64,000 nt of DNA from a virus (Duplodnaviria > Caudoviricetes): positions 1 through 64,000 of IMG/VR virus record IMGVR_UViG_3300044740_000023; one strand, 5' to 3'. Positions 45,660-56,508 of the stretch are shown here, in pieces (within the stretch, counting starts at the first letter, position 1; every line of letters starts with the position of its first letter). A program made the position numbers and the translations under genes. The notes beneath the pieces are model-generated. The model saw only the letters and a list, made by a program, of their open reading frames with translations. It was not told where the DNA came from and ran no database searches.

Positions 45660-46297
45660 TACTGGAGCGGCCTAAATACCACGCCGCGCGTCAGGCCCGG
45701 CGTGTGCGACTGTGGTTCGAGTTCACCTTCGCCTTCTTCTTCGCCGGTCCAGATGGCAGTCGCGTTGACATCTTCGATTTCGCCAGGAAGGAGTTGCCAC
45801 CCTTTCGTTTCGTCACACTTGCCTTTGGAGAAGGTTTCACCTTCGACCGTTACGGAATGCCATCCGCCTTTGAGCGGGTTTTCATTTCGTTTGAAGGTAT
45901 CGACCACGACGCCGCCGATGCTGAAGTTCACGACTTCCGGCCATGTGTGGCGGAAGGCTTCGATCCCCGCTTTGCCGGTGGTGTAGGTGGCGTCTGCGGC
46001 TTCAAGTGTGTGGCCTGCGAATTCGAGGATGACTTTGCCGCCTTCTACCTTCACTCGCATCGTATGTTTGCCTTCGGGCACCGGCAATTCTTCGCTGAAG
46101 CCGATGTTCGTGTATTTCCATTCGGGGTCGATGCGGTAGAGGATGAGTTCCATGATTGGAGTTGCTTCAAATCGCGGCGTGATCTGGAGCAACGCGATGT
46201 AGCCGTGGCCTTTCAGCGGTTCAAAGCAGGTGAGCAACATCAACGCCTGTTCCTGTTCGGCGGGGTGCGGCATCAACACTTCGACCGCGACGTTCAT
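45659..46297 (-). CDS. minor tail protein, beta-sandwich/lectin-like
   Basis: position in tail module; beta-rich. Confidence 0.6.
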   Translation of the reverse strand: MNVAVEVLMPHPAEQEQALMLLTCFEPLKGHGYIALLQITPRFEATPIMELILYRIDPEWKYTNIGFSEELPVPEGKHTMRVKVEGGKVILEFAGHTLEAADATYTTGKAGIEAFRHTWPEVVNFSIGGVVVDTFKRNENPLKGGWHSVTVEGETFSKGKCDETKGWQLLPGEIEDVNATAIWTGEEEGEGELEPQSHTPGLTRGVVFRPLQ

Positions 46298-46764
46298 GGT
46301 TCGACTTCCGGCGCTTCGGGTTCTGGCTCAGCTTCGATGAAGGAGCCGTAGCCCTGGAAGGTCAGGTGGGCCACGCCTTTGTACGCACCTTCCCCGATAG
46401 CGCCGATGGCGACGACAGCGCCGACGATGGAGCCGTTGGTTTCGTCGTGCAGCCATTCTGTCACCGTCGCAAGAACGCCGACAGCCGGGTTCGTGTGCGA
46501 GCCGTAGGTGAAGTGCGGGTATTCGAGCGTCGAGTCGCGCGCGGACGGCGCAAAGTGCAGCGCGTAATCGAACTGGATCGTGACGGTGGCGAATACCGGC
46601 GTGGCTGCGGCGGTGCCCGAGATTTCGTACTGGAACTGGAGTTCGATCTCTCGCATCGCGTTCTTGGCGCGATTTGAGTCGCGGCCACGGATGGCCGTCG
46701 TGGTCCCAACTGCGACCTGATGCAGCACCCGCTGGACCGCTCCGATGGGGATGCCCTCAGCCAT
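46294..46764 (-). CDS. minor tail protein
   Basis: position, coupled overlaps. Confidence 0.65.
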   Translation of the reverse strand: MAEGIPIGAVQRVLHQVAVGTTTAIRGRDSNRAKNAMREIELQFQYEISGTAAATPVFATVTIQFDYALHFAPSARDSTLEYPHFTYGSHTNPAVGVLATVTEWLHDETNGSIVGAVVAIGAIGEGAYKGVAHLTFQGYGSFIEAEPEPEAPEVEP

Positions 46765-49096
46765 AGCCTTCCGTGCTCTGCGTGGCTTCACGCGGTTCGA
46801 GTTCGCCGCCCTTGCCGTTCGGCGGGGCTTCTTCGTTGATGATCGCCACGATTGCCGCCACGTCCGGCGTGTCGATCAGGGAGCCGACCAGCGTGGTCAC
46901 GAACTTCCGGTTCTCGCCGTCGATGAACGTCGAGGCGCGCTCGCGCACGGAGAGGCGCGTGGCGAGGCCGGTGCCGAGGTCCATGAGCATGACGTGATCG
47001 TCGATGTCCATGATCGCGGGCGCACCGGGGAATTCGACCGTGGCTTCACACTCCGCGATGGCTTGCTGGAGCGCGATGAAGAGCGCCGCGTTTTTGCAGA
47101 GGTCCACCGTCGCAAGCTGCGGGTTTTTTTCGACCACCACCTTCTGCACGCCCGCGAGCCGCGAGTCGGCGTAGCGTGCGCCCGGCGTGCCAGCCCACGG
47201 CGGGATCAGGTCATACATGACGAACTTGCCGCTGGTGATCGCGGCTGACATGTTGCCCGGCAGCGACTTCGTGATGCCGATGGCACGGATCAGGCTCGAC
47301 AGCGGTTCAAGCGAGAGCTTCAGGTCGATGGCGGTGAGCATGGAGCGGTCGGTGATGACTGGCGGCGGGATGCCGGGGCGTGCGAGCGCCGCGCTGTTAC
47401 CCCGCTGTGCCCAATCGACGTTGCCGTTCGCCTCGATCCCCGCTTCACGGAGTTCCTTTTCGGCTGTCGTGTCCGGTGACAGGACTCTAGTTTTCCTGAA
47501 CGTCGGGATGCCGAGGCTTTCTTCACCGTTCACCGGCCCGCCCTGCGCGGGGTCCTGCGCGGGGTCCGCCAAGAAGAAGATGAAGCCGATACCTTCCGCG
47601 ATTTCGCGGATAACGTCCATGTAGGACTTATCCTGAAAGCAGATGATGCGCTTGGGCAATCGAAAGCCGGTGAGCGGGATGTCCCATTCCTTGAAGCCTG
47701 CCCATTGACAGAGGATGCGGATGACATCGGCAATATCTTCGGTGAGTACCCATTGGTCCTTGCCCGCGGCGGCTTCGGTCGCTTCGCGCAGACCGTGCAG
47801 TCCGTTCAGGCCCGCGCGGAACCCGCCTTCGGTCGCGTGCAGTTTGCGGAAGCTGATGCGCAGGATGCTGCCGTTGCCCACGCGATAGGCGACTGATGTG
47901 CCGGGGCCGGGGGAGTTGTCGAGCGGCGGACGCTGAAAGCCGGTGGGGAAGTTGGCGATGAAGCGCGTGTAGGACACACCACCGAGCACACCCGGCACGA
48001 GTTGTTCTTCTTTTTTGGTGATGTCCACCCATCCGTTTTTGTCGAGCCATTTGTTTTCGATGGTCATATCTTCGGCGGGCGCGCTCGTTTCCTTGCGCGT
48101 CGGAGCCAGACCACCTGTCAGTTTTGTTGGCCGGAGTGAGATATAGACATCGAGGCCCGCCCATTGCGCGAGCATCTCGCAGAAGTTGTACCGGCCCTCC
48201 GGTAGCCTGATCTCCACCCACTCGGTCTGTTCCGCGCTGCCGAGTAGGTTCGTCTGCCACCACGTTGCTTTGTTGAAGTCGGTGACAGCCGTGGCCGGAT
48301 GTTTGCCGCTGCTATCTTCGTTCGATGCCGTGGCTTCGCCGCCCACGTCCGACTTCAGCGCGGCGTCGTCGGCGTCCACGAACACCACCGGGGTCGCGAT
48401 CACCGGGTCCTTGCCAGCGCCGAAGAAGTGCGTGTCGGTGAATACGAGGCCGAAGTCGCGCGCCGTGATGACGATGCGGTCGGGTTTCGAGGTCGAGTCG
48501 ATGTTTTCGATCAGGCCCGTGAACACCTTGACTAGATTCGTGCCGTAGCCCTGGTAAATGGTGATCTGCGCTGCCTCAGCGAATTTGCCTGCCCATTCGT
48601 TCGCGGCGAACGCTTCAGCGATTGCTTCGAGTTCTGCGAGCCACGTTCCCGCGAGCGCTTTCACGTTCGCCGGACCTTCGACCCTGCCGCGCAACGGAGC
48701 CATCGCGCCGCGCTCGCGAGCGTGATAGCCACCGCCGCGTTCGGGATAGAGAATGTTCTCTACCTCGATGGTGGCCGTGCCAACGCTGCCCTGCTGTTTT
48801 TCGAGCTTCTTTTCGTGCTTGGCTTCGAGCACGTTTGGCACGACGACGTAGCTCGACGTGGGCAGCCACAAGCCCTGCCAAGGCTTCGCGTAGTACGGAT
48901 TTTTGCCGTTCAGCCCGACGCGCGCCTGACACGGGTAGTTAGCCTGATCCCACGTCTGATGGCCCGCGCCCATCGGCGCTTCGCCTTCGGCTTTGTTACC
49001 GACCGGGTTGTCCTGGTAGTAGTGAGTGAAGCGCCCGAGTCTGATCTTGACGACCTGTGTCGGAGTCGCCGGGCCGATGTACTGCGGGACGGGCAC
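46757..49096 (-). CDS. baseplate hub/Tal-like tail protein with discoidin (F5/8 C)-like insert
   Basis: TGLIE.I....D.I.I.ARD; AS..S..HPA.A.TD....TWW.T....EWVEI.L. Confidence 0.75.
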   Translation of the reverse strand: MPVPQYIGPATPTQVVKIRLGRFTHYYQDNPVGNKAEGEAPMGAGHQTWDQANYPCQARVGLNGKNPYYAKPWQGLWLPTSSYVVVPNVLEAKHEKKLEKQQGSVGTATIEVENILYPERGGGYHARERGAMAPLRGRVEGPANVKALAGTWLAELEAIAEAFAANEWAGKFAEAAQITIYQGYGTNLVKVFTGLIENIDSTSKPDRIVITARDFGLVFTDTHFFGAGKDPVIATPVVFVDADDAALKSDVGGEATASNEDSSGKHPATAVTDFNKATWWQTNLLGSAEQTEWVEIRLPEGRYNFCEMLAQWAGLDVYISLRPTKLTGGLAPTRKETSAPAEDMTIENKWLDKNGWVDITKKEEQLVPGVLGGVSYTRFIANFPTGFQRPPLDNSPGPGTSVAYRVGNGSILRISFRKLHATEGGFRAGLNGLHGLREATEAAAGKDQWVLTEDIADVIRILCQWAGFKEWDIPLTGFRLPKRIICFQDKSYMDVIREIAEGIGFIFFLADPAQDPAQGGPVNGEESLGIPTFRKTRVLSPDTTAEKELREAGIEANGNVDWAQRGNSAALARPGIPPPVITDRSMLTAIDLKLSLEPLSSLIRAIGITKSLPGNMSAAITSGKFVMYDLIPPWAGTPGARYADSRLAGVQKVVVEKNPQLATVDLCKNAALFIALQQAIAECEATVEFPGAPAIMDIDDHVMLMDLGTGLATRLSVRERASTFIDGENRKFVTTLVGSLIDTPDVAAIVAIINEEAPPNGKGGELEPREATQSTEGYG

Positions 49097-49269
49097 TACA
49101 GTTCACCGCTCCCCGATGCCTTCGCTTCGCCCCACCCGAGCATCGACTTGACCTTAGTCGCGCCATAGAACCATACGTCCGCGATGGTCAGCGGCTTTTC
49201 GGGCGAGGAGAGGAAGCCCTGACCTTCGGCCTTGGCGACACCTTCGCCGGTCATTTCTTTGACGGGCAT
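49096..49269 (-). CDS. small tail protein, 57 aa
   Basis: TAGATG coupling; GEG.AKA.G.G repeat. Confidence 0.5.
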   Translation of the reverse strand: MPVKEMTGEGVAKAEGQGFLSSPEKPLTIADVWFYGATKVKSMLGWGEAKASGSGEL

Positions 49270-49662
49270 CTACGTGTCCGACATCCCGAACACGAGCGAG
49301 CCGACGTTGAACTCGGGAATGATGCCAGCGGCGACGACCGTCAGCGGGATCACGCCCGAGCACACGATCAGCCCTTTGCCCGTTTCGCTGGACGTGCAGA
49401 GCGCCCATCCGATCACGTTCGACGTGCCTGCCGTGCATTCGGGGAAGGACTTGAGCACGTTGTTGTGCCGTTTGTTTTCGGCGGCGGCAGACCATTGCGT
49501 TTTTTTCTGTTCGATCCGCGCGTAGCCGGTGTAGGTCGGCTCGACGATTGTGGCCCCCGTGTCCGAGCCTTTCACCGCAACTGTAGTCAGGGCAAGCCAG
49601 CCGTCGATGAGGAATTCTTCGAGGATCGTTTTCTTGCGTTCGTCGGAGAAGCCGGACATCAC
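49270..49662 (-). CDS. tail-associated protein
   Basis: EP..TGYAR....W......N....FP pattern. Confidence 0.65.
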   Translation of the reverse strand: MMSGFSDERKKTILEEFLIDGWLALTTVAVKGSDTGATIVEPTYTGYARIEQKKTQWSAAAENKRHNNVLKSFPECTAGTSNVIGWALCTSSETGKGLIVCSGVIPLTVVAAGIIPEFNVGSLVFGMSDT

Positions 49663-50069
49663 ACCACCTCCAGAGTGATCGAGTATTGAAAGACGATGCT
49701 GCCGCCGCCTCTACCGACCATCCGGCCTGTCGAACGCTGCGGTGCGAACTGCGTGATGAGCACCTCGAAGAGCGTGCCGCTGATGTCCTGCCAGAAGATC
49801 GTGCGCGCGGGCGTGCCGATGCCCGCGCAGGCGTTGTAGAACGCTTCCATTTTTTCGATCTGCGTTTTCGTGGCCCACCCGTGCAGTTTGTAGACCGTGG
49901 GCTGTGGCGCACCCTGCTGGCGCACGAAGCCGACGCCGCTCGTGAGCGCCGTGCGTTCAAAGTTCTCCGTTTTTTCCTGCGGCTCTTCCGTTTCGTGGCT
50001 GATGTCCCATTCGTAGAGCGCGCCACCGTTGATGAGACCGGCTTTGTCTTGGAATCCGTCGCGTGCCAT
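49659..50069 (-). CDS. distal tail protein-like
   Basis: immediately after tape measure. Confidence 0.65.
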   Translation of the reverse strand: MARDGFQDKAGLINGGALYEWDISHETEEPQEKTENFERTALTSGVGFVRQQGAPQPTVYKLHGWATKTQIEKMEAFYNACAGIGTPARTIFWQDISGTLFEVLITQFAPQRSTGRMVGRGGGSIVFQYSITLEVV

Positions 50070-53000
50070 TACCGTGTCAACCCCGCGTTCCGTAGTTGGG
50101 CGGCGGTGAGGGAGCCGAACACACGCTCCATTTCTGCCGCGAAGCGTCCCGGCTCCGAGCCGGTCACGTTGACGCGAATCGAGTTGTGCTGATGCAGGAC
50201 CGGGTGCGGCACCGAGGACGGCGAGAACTGCGTGAGGCCCGGTGCGCTCCTCGGGCGTCGGCGCGTGAGCGTGAGCGCGTCGTAGAGCGTCGGAGCCTGC
50301 GTGACCGCGCCCACGGCGAACGAGCGGTTAGCGTCCTCCTCGTAGCCGTAGATGTTCTGCTCGATGTCACGGCGCTGCTGCGGCGTGAGTTTGTAGCGCC
50401 GCGATTCGCGGAGGATTTTCTGTTCGCGTTCGACGGCCTGTACGTTGGTGATGCGTCCGGTGCCGAGCAGGAACTTGGTTTCGTTCTGCGCTTCCTGTCG
50501 CTCTTCTTCGGCCTGCTTGATGCGCAGGTTGTTGATCTGCGCCTGAGCCTTCTCTTTTTCTTCCGGCCCCTTCGCGAATTTCAATTCGCGCTCTGCGCCA
50601 CGGAGTTCGATACCGATGCGCCTGAGCGGGATGTTGGTGAACGAGGCCGCGAGTTCGGTCTGCGTGCGGATGCGCTGCTTGAAGGCTTCGCGCAACTGGT
50701 TTTCGGACTCGACGAGGAGTAGCTGAGCCTGCGCCTGTTCGACCGGGTTGCGAGCGATGGCGAGCAGCGCCTCCGCTGTCCGTTTCGCGGCCTGCGCCTG
50801 CGCCACGGCGTTGCCCGGTAGACGGGCCTGTTCGATCTGCCCGCGAAGCTGGACGGTCTGCTCTTCCTGCGAATGTGCGACTTCGCTGTAGGCACGACTC
50901 GCTTCCGCCGCCGACGCCTGGAACTGGAGTTTTTCGATAGGCGAGTAGCGACGGCTCGCCTGCACCGCTGCGGACACACGCGCCGCTTCACGCGCACGGA
51001 CAGCGGCGAGTTCGACCGGGTTGTTTGCCCCGACTTGAGCTTCGGCAAGTTTGCCGCGCGCCTGGACGAGTTCGACCTGTTCGCGTTCGGCCTTGACCTC
51101 GTTTTCCTGTTTGCTCGTGCGCGCCGATTCGAGTTGCTTCAACGCGGCGGCGTGTTCCTCGGAGTATGGACTCTTCGAGTGGAGTTCTTTCAGCGCCGTT
51201 TTTTCTTCCCTGCGCAACTGCTTGTTCTCTTCTGCACGCTGCGCCGCAGGGCTACCGGCAAGCTCTGCCACTTTCCGTCCGGTGGTGAGTTTGCCTTCTT
51301 CAAATTCGGCTTCGATGGTGGCGCGCGCGGAGGCGCGAGCGGCTTCCTGAAAGACCGTCTGGATGTGGCCCGCCGCCTGCCCGATCCCTTCGATCTCCTT
51401 CTTGAACCGCTCCGCGTTCTGTTCGATCTGCGCGAGATCACCCTGAAGGCGCGCGCGCTTGTCCGACGAGGCGGCGTGCGCGATTTCCTGCTTGACCTTC
51501 GCCTTCGCCGCTTCCTGCTGAGCGAGTCCTTCCTTGGCTGTCTGGAGCGGCGCTTCGACGCCCGATTCGTAGTATTCACTCAATTCGCTGCGCAGCGTGT
51601 TGAACGCCGAGCGGCGCTCCCTGTTATTCGTCGCAGCGGCGAGCCGCTGTTTGAACCGTTCCTGAGACACCGTGCCGATGTCGCTGAGACCCGTCTGCAA
51701 ACGGCTCGCGTATTCTTCGAGTTTCTGCGGTTCGAGAGTCGAGCGCTCGATGGAGCCGCCGAGGTATTGCGCGATTTCATTCAGGGCATTCCGGCCCGCG
51801 CGCGTCCCGCCGTAGAGCTTGGCTGCGGCGTCGAGGCGCTTGATCCGTTCTTGCAGGAGTTTGCTGCCTTCGGACCCGCGTCCGGTTTCACCTGCCTCCG
51901 CTTCGTATTCAGCCCTGACAGTTTCCGCCGAGACCGCCGCGTTGAGCCTGCGTTCCTCAGCGGCGGCACCGGGCGCGCCCGGCCTGATGGTGGGCAGCCT
52001 GCCGTGCGCTTCGAGTTTCGCGAACGTCCGGGCACGGAGTTCGTCTGACGCGATGATGCGCGCGTTAGCTTCGTCCTGACTGATGCCCTTTTCAACCCGC
52101 TCGCGTTCCTTCCCGGCGTCGAAGCCGAAGAGTCCTGCCACCTGACTGATGCCCGGCGCTTCGAGAATCCCAAGGCCGATGTTGGTGATACCGCCAAGCA
52201 CCCCGCCGTAGCGGTAGTCGAGGTTTGTCGGCTTCGCTTTCGCCGCGAGGTATGCGGCGGCACCGCCCACGAAGGCACCGGGGAGACCAAACGCGAGGCC
52301 ACCCGCTGCGGCCCCGAGGCCGATCTGCGATGACGCGCCTTCCAGTTTTTTGCCGAAGCTGCCGCCAAACGCTTCACCGATGACGTTGGCGGCGATGGCT
52401 CCGAAGAACGCCGTGTTGAATGCGCCGAGTAGCTTGCCGCCGTAGCCCTGGAAGCGCGCGCTCAGTTTGCTGCGTAGCTCCCCAACTTGAGTCGCGATCA
52501 GACCCTCGCTGGAGAGGGGTGAACCGAACTGCGAGAGAAGTGTGGCTCCGTAGATGCTGTTGACCCGCGCTGCCGCCCTGCTCGCGAGGCCCGCGCTCGC
52601 GAGGCCCACGTCAGCGGATGCCGCGACCTTAGCCATGCCCTGCCGCTGCACCAGGATGAGTTTCTCGTTGCCCTCCGCGACGGCGTTGGTGAAGCGCGCC
52701 TCGGCTGCCGTCGCCTCCTGCGCCCCACCCTCGGTGAAGATGAGCGGCCCGCCGCCCTCCTTCAGCCGTTCATAGCGGCCCTTGTTGCGGAGGGCTTCTT
52801 TCTCAGCCTTGTCGTAGGCTTCGATGGACGCCTGACGGTTCTTCTCCAGGTCCGCTCTGTCGGCGGCAACTTCGCGCGCCTTTGGCGTGAGACCGAACCG
52901 CTCCTCGATGTTCGCACTCGGGCCGTATTTGCGTTCGTGCTCTTTCAGCGCTTCGTCGCTGAGTTCGACACCTTCCGCACGGCGCGCCACGGTCTCCGCG

Positions 53001-55312
53001 AGGCCCGCCTGACGCTGGCGGATGCGGTTGAGGTATTCGCGGTTTAGCTCGCGCTCGATGAGCGTCTGCCGTGCCGACTGCGCGCCGAGCAGCCCCGCGT
53101 AAGGACTGTCAGCGAAGAAGGCGCGGGCCGTGAGCGCCGGGCCGGTGCGCGCGAAACGCGAGAAGGCCGCGAGACCGCCCAATGCCAAGACTGGAGTTGT
53201 GGCACCACTCGGCAGCGAGGAGAAGATGGAGCCGATGCGCTCGAACGGGCCGAGCGCCGCACCGATCTGCCGACCGGCGAAGGTGATCGTCGAGGCGATG
53301 GCTTTGATCGCGGTGATAAAGCCGCCCTCACCGATCTGGCTGCCGACCGCTTCAAACTCGATGCCGATTTTTTTGATCTGCTCGTTGACCTGACCGAGCT
53401 TCTTTTCAAGGTCTCGCGCTGCGGAGCCTTCCGACTTCGCAAGCTGTTCTTTCACTTCCTCCGGTAGTGCTGTCTGTCCGGCGCGGTAGAGCGGCAGGAA
53501 GTAGCGGAGGCCGAGCGCCGAGCCGCCGCCTGCCGCTTTCGCGAGCGCCTGTAGTTGCTGGTTTGAGAGATTCGGTGCAAGCTCCTGCACTTCGCGGTTG
53601 AAGCGCCCGACGTGTGTGAGCACATCGGCGGGCCGGAAGCCGAATTCGCGCAGCGTGCTCTCGGCTTCGGGACGGCGCAGGTTGGCAGGCTCGCGGATGA
53701 GCGCGGTCGCCGGGTTGCCACCACCTGTACCACCACCGCCACCTGTCGTGCGGTAAAGCTGGATGATCTGTTCGTTGAGTTCGGTCGCGGTGCCACCGGC
53801 AGCCGCGAACGACGACGCCGCACGCCCGATGGCGGGGAGTGTCTGCTGGAGGCGAGCGTTGAACTTGAGTTGCCCGACATCGAGTTCGTTGAAGGTTTTG
53901 GCGATCCCTGACGGTCCCTCTTTGAACGACACGTTGAGCGCCGCGAAGGTCTTGACCGCATCCTGAATCGGTACTTCGTCGAGCTTCTGCGCGAGCAGCG
54001 CCGTGCGCGCCACTTCTTTCGACGCCTGCTGTGTCGGGAACGCGCGCGCGGCGTAGAACTGCGCCGACGCCGCCTCGCTGATCGGGACGTTGATTTCGGT
54101 CGCCAGTTTGCGGAAGCCGGACGCCGCCGCCGCTTTGTTCACACCCTCCAGCGAGCGTTCGAGTTGTGACACACCGCTCTGTGTCTCGATGGCACCCTGA
54201 CCGAACTTCTTGAGCGCCTCGTATGCGCCATAGACGAGACCGCCCGCGACAGCCCACCCCGCGAACTTGCCGATGGTCTGCACCATCGAGTTGCCGAACT
54301 CGCGCATCGTGACTTCGCCGCGCGCGAGCGCCGAGATGAACTCCGTGGAGAGCGCGCCGTGACGGGTGAGCGCGTTGGCGCTTTCGCCGTAGATGCCGAC
54401 CGAGCGCTGGAAGATGCCGTTGACGCGCTGCTGCACGTCGCCCTGCGCCGCGATCTCCGCGTTGAGCGACGCGATCTTCGCGCGCGTATCCGCCTCGGCA
54501 CCCGAGAGCGTGCCTGCCGGGACCACCTCGGGACCGAGCGGGTTGCCCGCTTTGTCGTAGCGCTGGAAGCGCGTCACGCGCTCCGTGCCGCCCGGCAGGA
54601 GGCCCGCGTACTCAGGCTGCGCGAGCGTGCTGGCCGTGTACTGCGGGAGGAGCCGCTGCTGGCGGTAGAACTCGCTGACGGCCTGTTCGCGCGCGGCTGC
54701 GCCGGGACCGTAGGTGCCCGCCTCGCGCGCGAGTTTCGAGCTTTCGCTGTACTGCGGAATCAGGATCGGCGCGCGGTTGAACCGCTCCACCTCAGCGGCG
54801 CGCCTAGCCGCTTCGCGCGCTTCGATGGCTCCCCGGTCGAGGATGACCGGCGCAGCCGCCGCGCGCGTCGATGCACGCTCGATGGCCTGCTCCAGTTTCG
54901 CCGCAGCCGCCGCCGACGCTGCGCCGACATCGAGAGTGCCGAAGCCCGCCGAGGACGCGCCGTACTCGACCCGGCGAGCGCCACCTGCGGCTGCGGCAGC
55001 ACCGGCCCCCTCCGCACCCGCGAGACCGGCGACCCCGGCGCGCTCGCGCCACGCAGCGGTGTTGGCGGCGAGAGCAGATGTCTCGGCCTGGAGCCTCGCC
55101 GTGAGCGAGGAAATCTCCGCGACCTGCTTCTGCATTGCAGCGACCGACTCAAGTCGTGCCGTCGTGTTCGCCTGAATGCTCTTGGTGTTCAGCCCTTCCG
55201 TGGCCGTCAGCGTTTTGAAGCTCTTGTCAAGCTCCCCGATCTGCGCGGCAGTCTTGGCGAGCGCCTCGGACGCCTGTGCCTGTGCGCTGCCGTATTTGGG
55301 ATCGCGTGGCAT
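50069..55312 (-). CDS. tail tape measure protein
   Basis: 1747 aa, Ala/Gly-rich helical, after chaperone pair. Confidence 0.92.
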   Translation of the reverse strand: MPRDPKYGSAQAQASEALAKTAAQIGELDKSFKTLTATEGLNTKSIQANTTARLESVAAMQKQVAEISSLTARLQAETSALAANTAAWRERAGVAGLAGAEGAGAAAAAGGARRVEYGASSAGFGTLDVGAASAAAAAKLEQAIERASTRAAAAPVILDRGAIEAREAARRAAEVERFNRAPILIPQYSESSKLAREAGTYGPGAAAREQAVSEFYRQQRLLPQYTASTLAQPEYAGLLPGGTERVTRFQRYDKAGNPLGPEVVPAGTLSGAEADTRAKIASLNAEIAAQGDVQQRVNGIFQRSVGIYGESANALTRHGALSTEFISALARGEVTMREFGNSMVQTIGKFAGWAVAGGLVYGAYEALKKFGQGAIETQSGVSQLERSLEGVNKAAAASGFRKLATEINVPISEAASAQFYAARAFPTQQASKEVARTALLAQKLDEVPIQDAVKTFAALNVSFKEGPSGIAKTFNELDVGQLKFNARLQQTLPAIGRAASSFAAAGGTATELNEQIIQLYRTTGGGGGTGGGNPATALIREPANLRRPEAESTLREFGFRPADVLTHVGRFNREVQELAPNLSNQQLQALAKAAGGGSALGLRYFLPLYRAGQTALPEEVKEQLAKSEGSAARDLEKKLGQVNEQIKKIGIEFEAVGSQIGEGGFITAIKAIASTITFAGRQIGAALGPFERIGSIFSSLPSGATTPVLALGGLAAFSRFARTGPALTARAFFADSPYAGLLGAQSARQTLIERELNREYLNRIRQRQAGLAETVARRAEGVELSDEALKEHERKYGPSANIEERFGLTPKAREVAADRADLEKNRQASIEAYDKAEKEALRNKGRYERLKEGGGPLIFTEGGAQEATAAEARFTNAVAEGNEKLILVQRQGMAKVAASADVGLASAGLASRAAARVNSIYGATLLSQFGSPLSSEGLIATQVGELRSKLSARFQGYGGKLLGAFNTAFFGAIAANVIGEAFGGSFGKKLEGASSQIGLGAAAGGLAFGLPGAFVGGAAAYLAAKAKPTNLDYRYGGVLGGITNIGLGILEAPGISQVAGLFGFDAGKERERVEKGISQDEANARIIASDELRARTFAKLEAHGRLPTIRPGAPGAAAEERRLNAAVSAETVRAEYEAEAGETGRGSEGSKLLQERIKRLDAAAKLYGGTRAGRNALNEIAQYLGGSIERSTLEPQKLEEYASRLQTGLSDIGTVSQERFKQRLAAATNNRERRSAFNTLRSELSEYYESGVEAPLQTAKEGLAQQEAAKAKVKQEIAHAASSDKRARLQGDLAQIEQNAERFKKEIEGIGQAAGHIQTVFQEAARASARATIEAEFEEGKLTTGRKVAELAGSPAAQRAEENKQLRREEKTALKELHSKSPYSEEHAAALKQLESARTSKQENEVKAEREQVELVQARGKLAEAQVGANNPVELAAVRAREAARVSAAVQASRRYSPIEKLQFQASAAEASRAYSEVAHSQEEQTVQLRGQIEQARLPGNAVAQAQAAKRTAEALLAIARNPVEQAQAQLLLVESENQLREAFKQRIRTQTELAASFTNIPLRRIGIELRGAERELKFAKGPEEKEKAQAQINNLRIKQAEEERQEAQNETKFLLGTGRITNVQAVEREQKILRESRRYKLTPQQRRDIEQNIYGYEEDANRSFAVGAVTQAPTLYDALTLTRRRPRSAPGLTQFSPSSVPHPVLHQHNSIRVNVTGSEPGRFAAEMERVFGSLTAAQLRNAGLTR

Positions 55313-55315
55313 GGC

Positions 55316-55651
55316 CTATTTGTCGAACCCGATGAGCAGCCTGTCGCGGAGTGCGTTCTTCATCATCGGCCCCGAGGACTCGTCGCCGCCCTTGCCTTCC
55401 ATTTCCGCCTTGCGCATCGCCTTCACGTCAGCCCACCACTCCTCCATCGCATCGCTGTTGAGCCAGATGCGCTTAGGCGGGCGCTCCTTCTCGGGTAGCT
55501 CCTCGAACGACAGGAACCCAAGCGCCGCCATGATCGCGTTGTGGACGGTGTACGGAAGGTCATACGCTCGTTCGATGCCGTGCGGATACAGGGATGAGAT
55601 GTCACCGAGGTCACGAGCGAGGCGAACAACGCTCAGCCACCTCTCATCCAA
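55316..55651 (-). CDS. tail assembly chaperone, frameshift (gpGT-like) part
   Basis: -1 frame continuation of upstream gene. Confidence 0.8.
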   Translation of the reverse strand: MDERWLSVVRLARDLGDISSLYPHGIERAYDLPYTVHNAIMAALGFLSFEELPEKERPPKRIWLNSDAMEEWWADVKAMRKAEMEGKGGDESSGPMMKNALRDRLLIGFDK

Positions 55652-55653
55652 GA

Positions 55654-56508
55654 TCAGTTTCCCGAGGCATCACCCCGGTTTAGCCGCGACTCAAGTTCGT
55701 CCAACGCCTCGTCGAGTGCCCGAATCACCTCGGGCGGCGCGGCCTTCATGTCGTCCATCTTCGGCCAGTAGCGGAACGACGCGACTCCACCGGGGCACTT
55801 GCGCGTGCAGATGAAGCCCATCCAGGTGTAGTAGGTGGTGCTGCGCATCTGCTCCGCTTCGTGCTCGATACGATGCTCGCGCAGCGCCTCGCGGAACGGC
55901 TCGTCAGCGAGCGTGCGCAGCCCCGCGCGGATGTTCTCCCGTTCGGCGCTGATCCGCGCTTCGAGGGTCTCGTCGTACTCGGCCACGAGCTTCGTGAGGG
56001 TGTCGAAGTCGTCGCTCCGCTGGTCCTCGGGGAGCGCTTGCTGGCGGACTAGCTCCTCGCGGTGCTGGCCGATGTCCGCGAACTCCTCCTGCTCGCGTAC
56101 CTCCGTGATGAGGTCCATGATCTTCTTGCGCAGCTTGTCCTCTGCGATCAGAACGACGTAGCCCTCGCGATCCTCGCGCATCGCTTCGTCGAGTTCGGAC
56201 TCCAAGATCGCGTAGGCGTCGGTCTCGGGGTCGCGGAAGGCCATCTTGCGCCGCGCCGCCGCAGCCCGGCCCTTCTCCACGATGTCGTTGTGCTGGAGCG
56301 TGTTCGGCAGGCAGAGCCATGCGTGGAAGTGCTGCGGGTCCTTGCACTCGCCGTCCTCGCGGTGCTCGCACTCCCGCGCGCCCTCTCCGACGTGGACGTA
56401 GGTGCTGTACTCGAAGAGATGGGCGCTCGTCCGTGTCGCCTCTGCGCCGCCCTCAGCGGGCGCGCCGTTCTGTTCGGCCTGCTCCGGTGCCACCGTTGAT
56501 GCCTCCAT
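55654..56508 (-). CDS. tail assembly chaperone (gpG-like)
   Basis: position and slippery site. Confidence 0.8.
   Translation of the reverse strand: MEASTVAPEQAEQNGAPAEGGAEATRTSAHLFEYSTYVHVGEGARECEHREDGECKDPQHFHAWLCLPNTLQHNDIVEKGRAAAARRKMAFRDPETDAYAILESELDEAMREDREGYVVLIAEDKLRKKIMDLITEVREQEEFADIGQHREELVRQQALPEDQRSDDFDTLTKLVAEYDETLEARISAERENIRAGLRTLADEPFREALREHRIEHEAEQMRSTTYYTWMGFICTRKCPGGVASFRYWPKMDDMKAAPPEVIRALDEALDELESRLNRGDASGN
55657..55663 (-). other. -1 programmed frameshift heptamer G-GGA-AAC
   Basis: TCG GGA AAC TGA; -1 frame reads GGG AAA CTG ATC TTG GAT into 55316..55651. Confidence 0.85.

Noticed and set aside
49096-49269. apparent gap or frameshift between tail genes
   Set aside because: Re-reading gives an intact 57-aa ORF coupled at both ends
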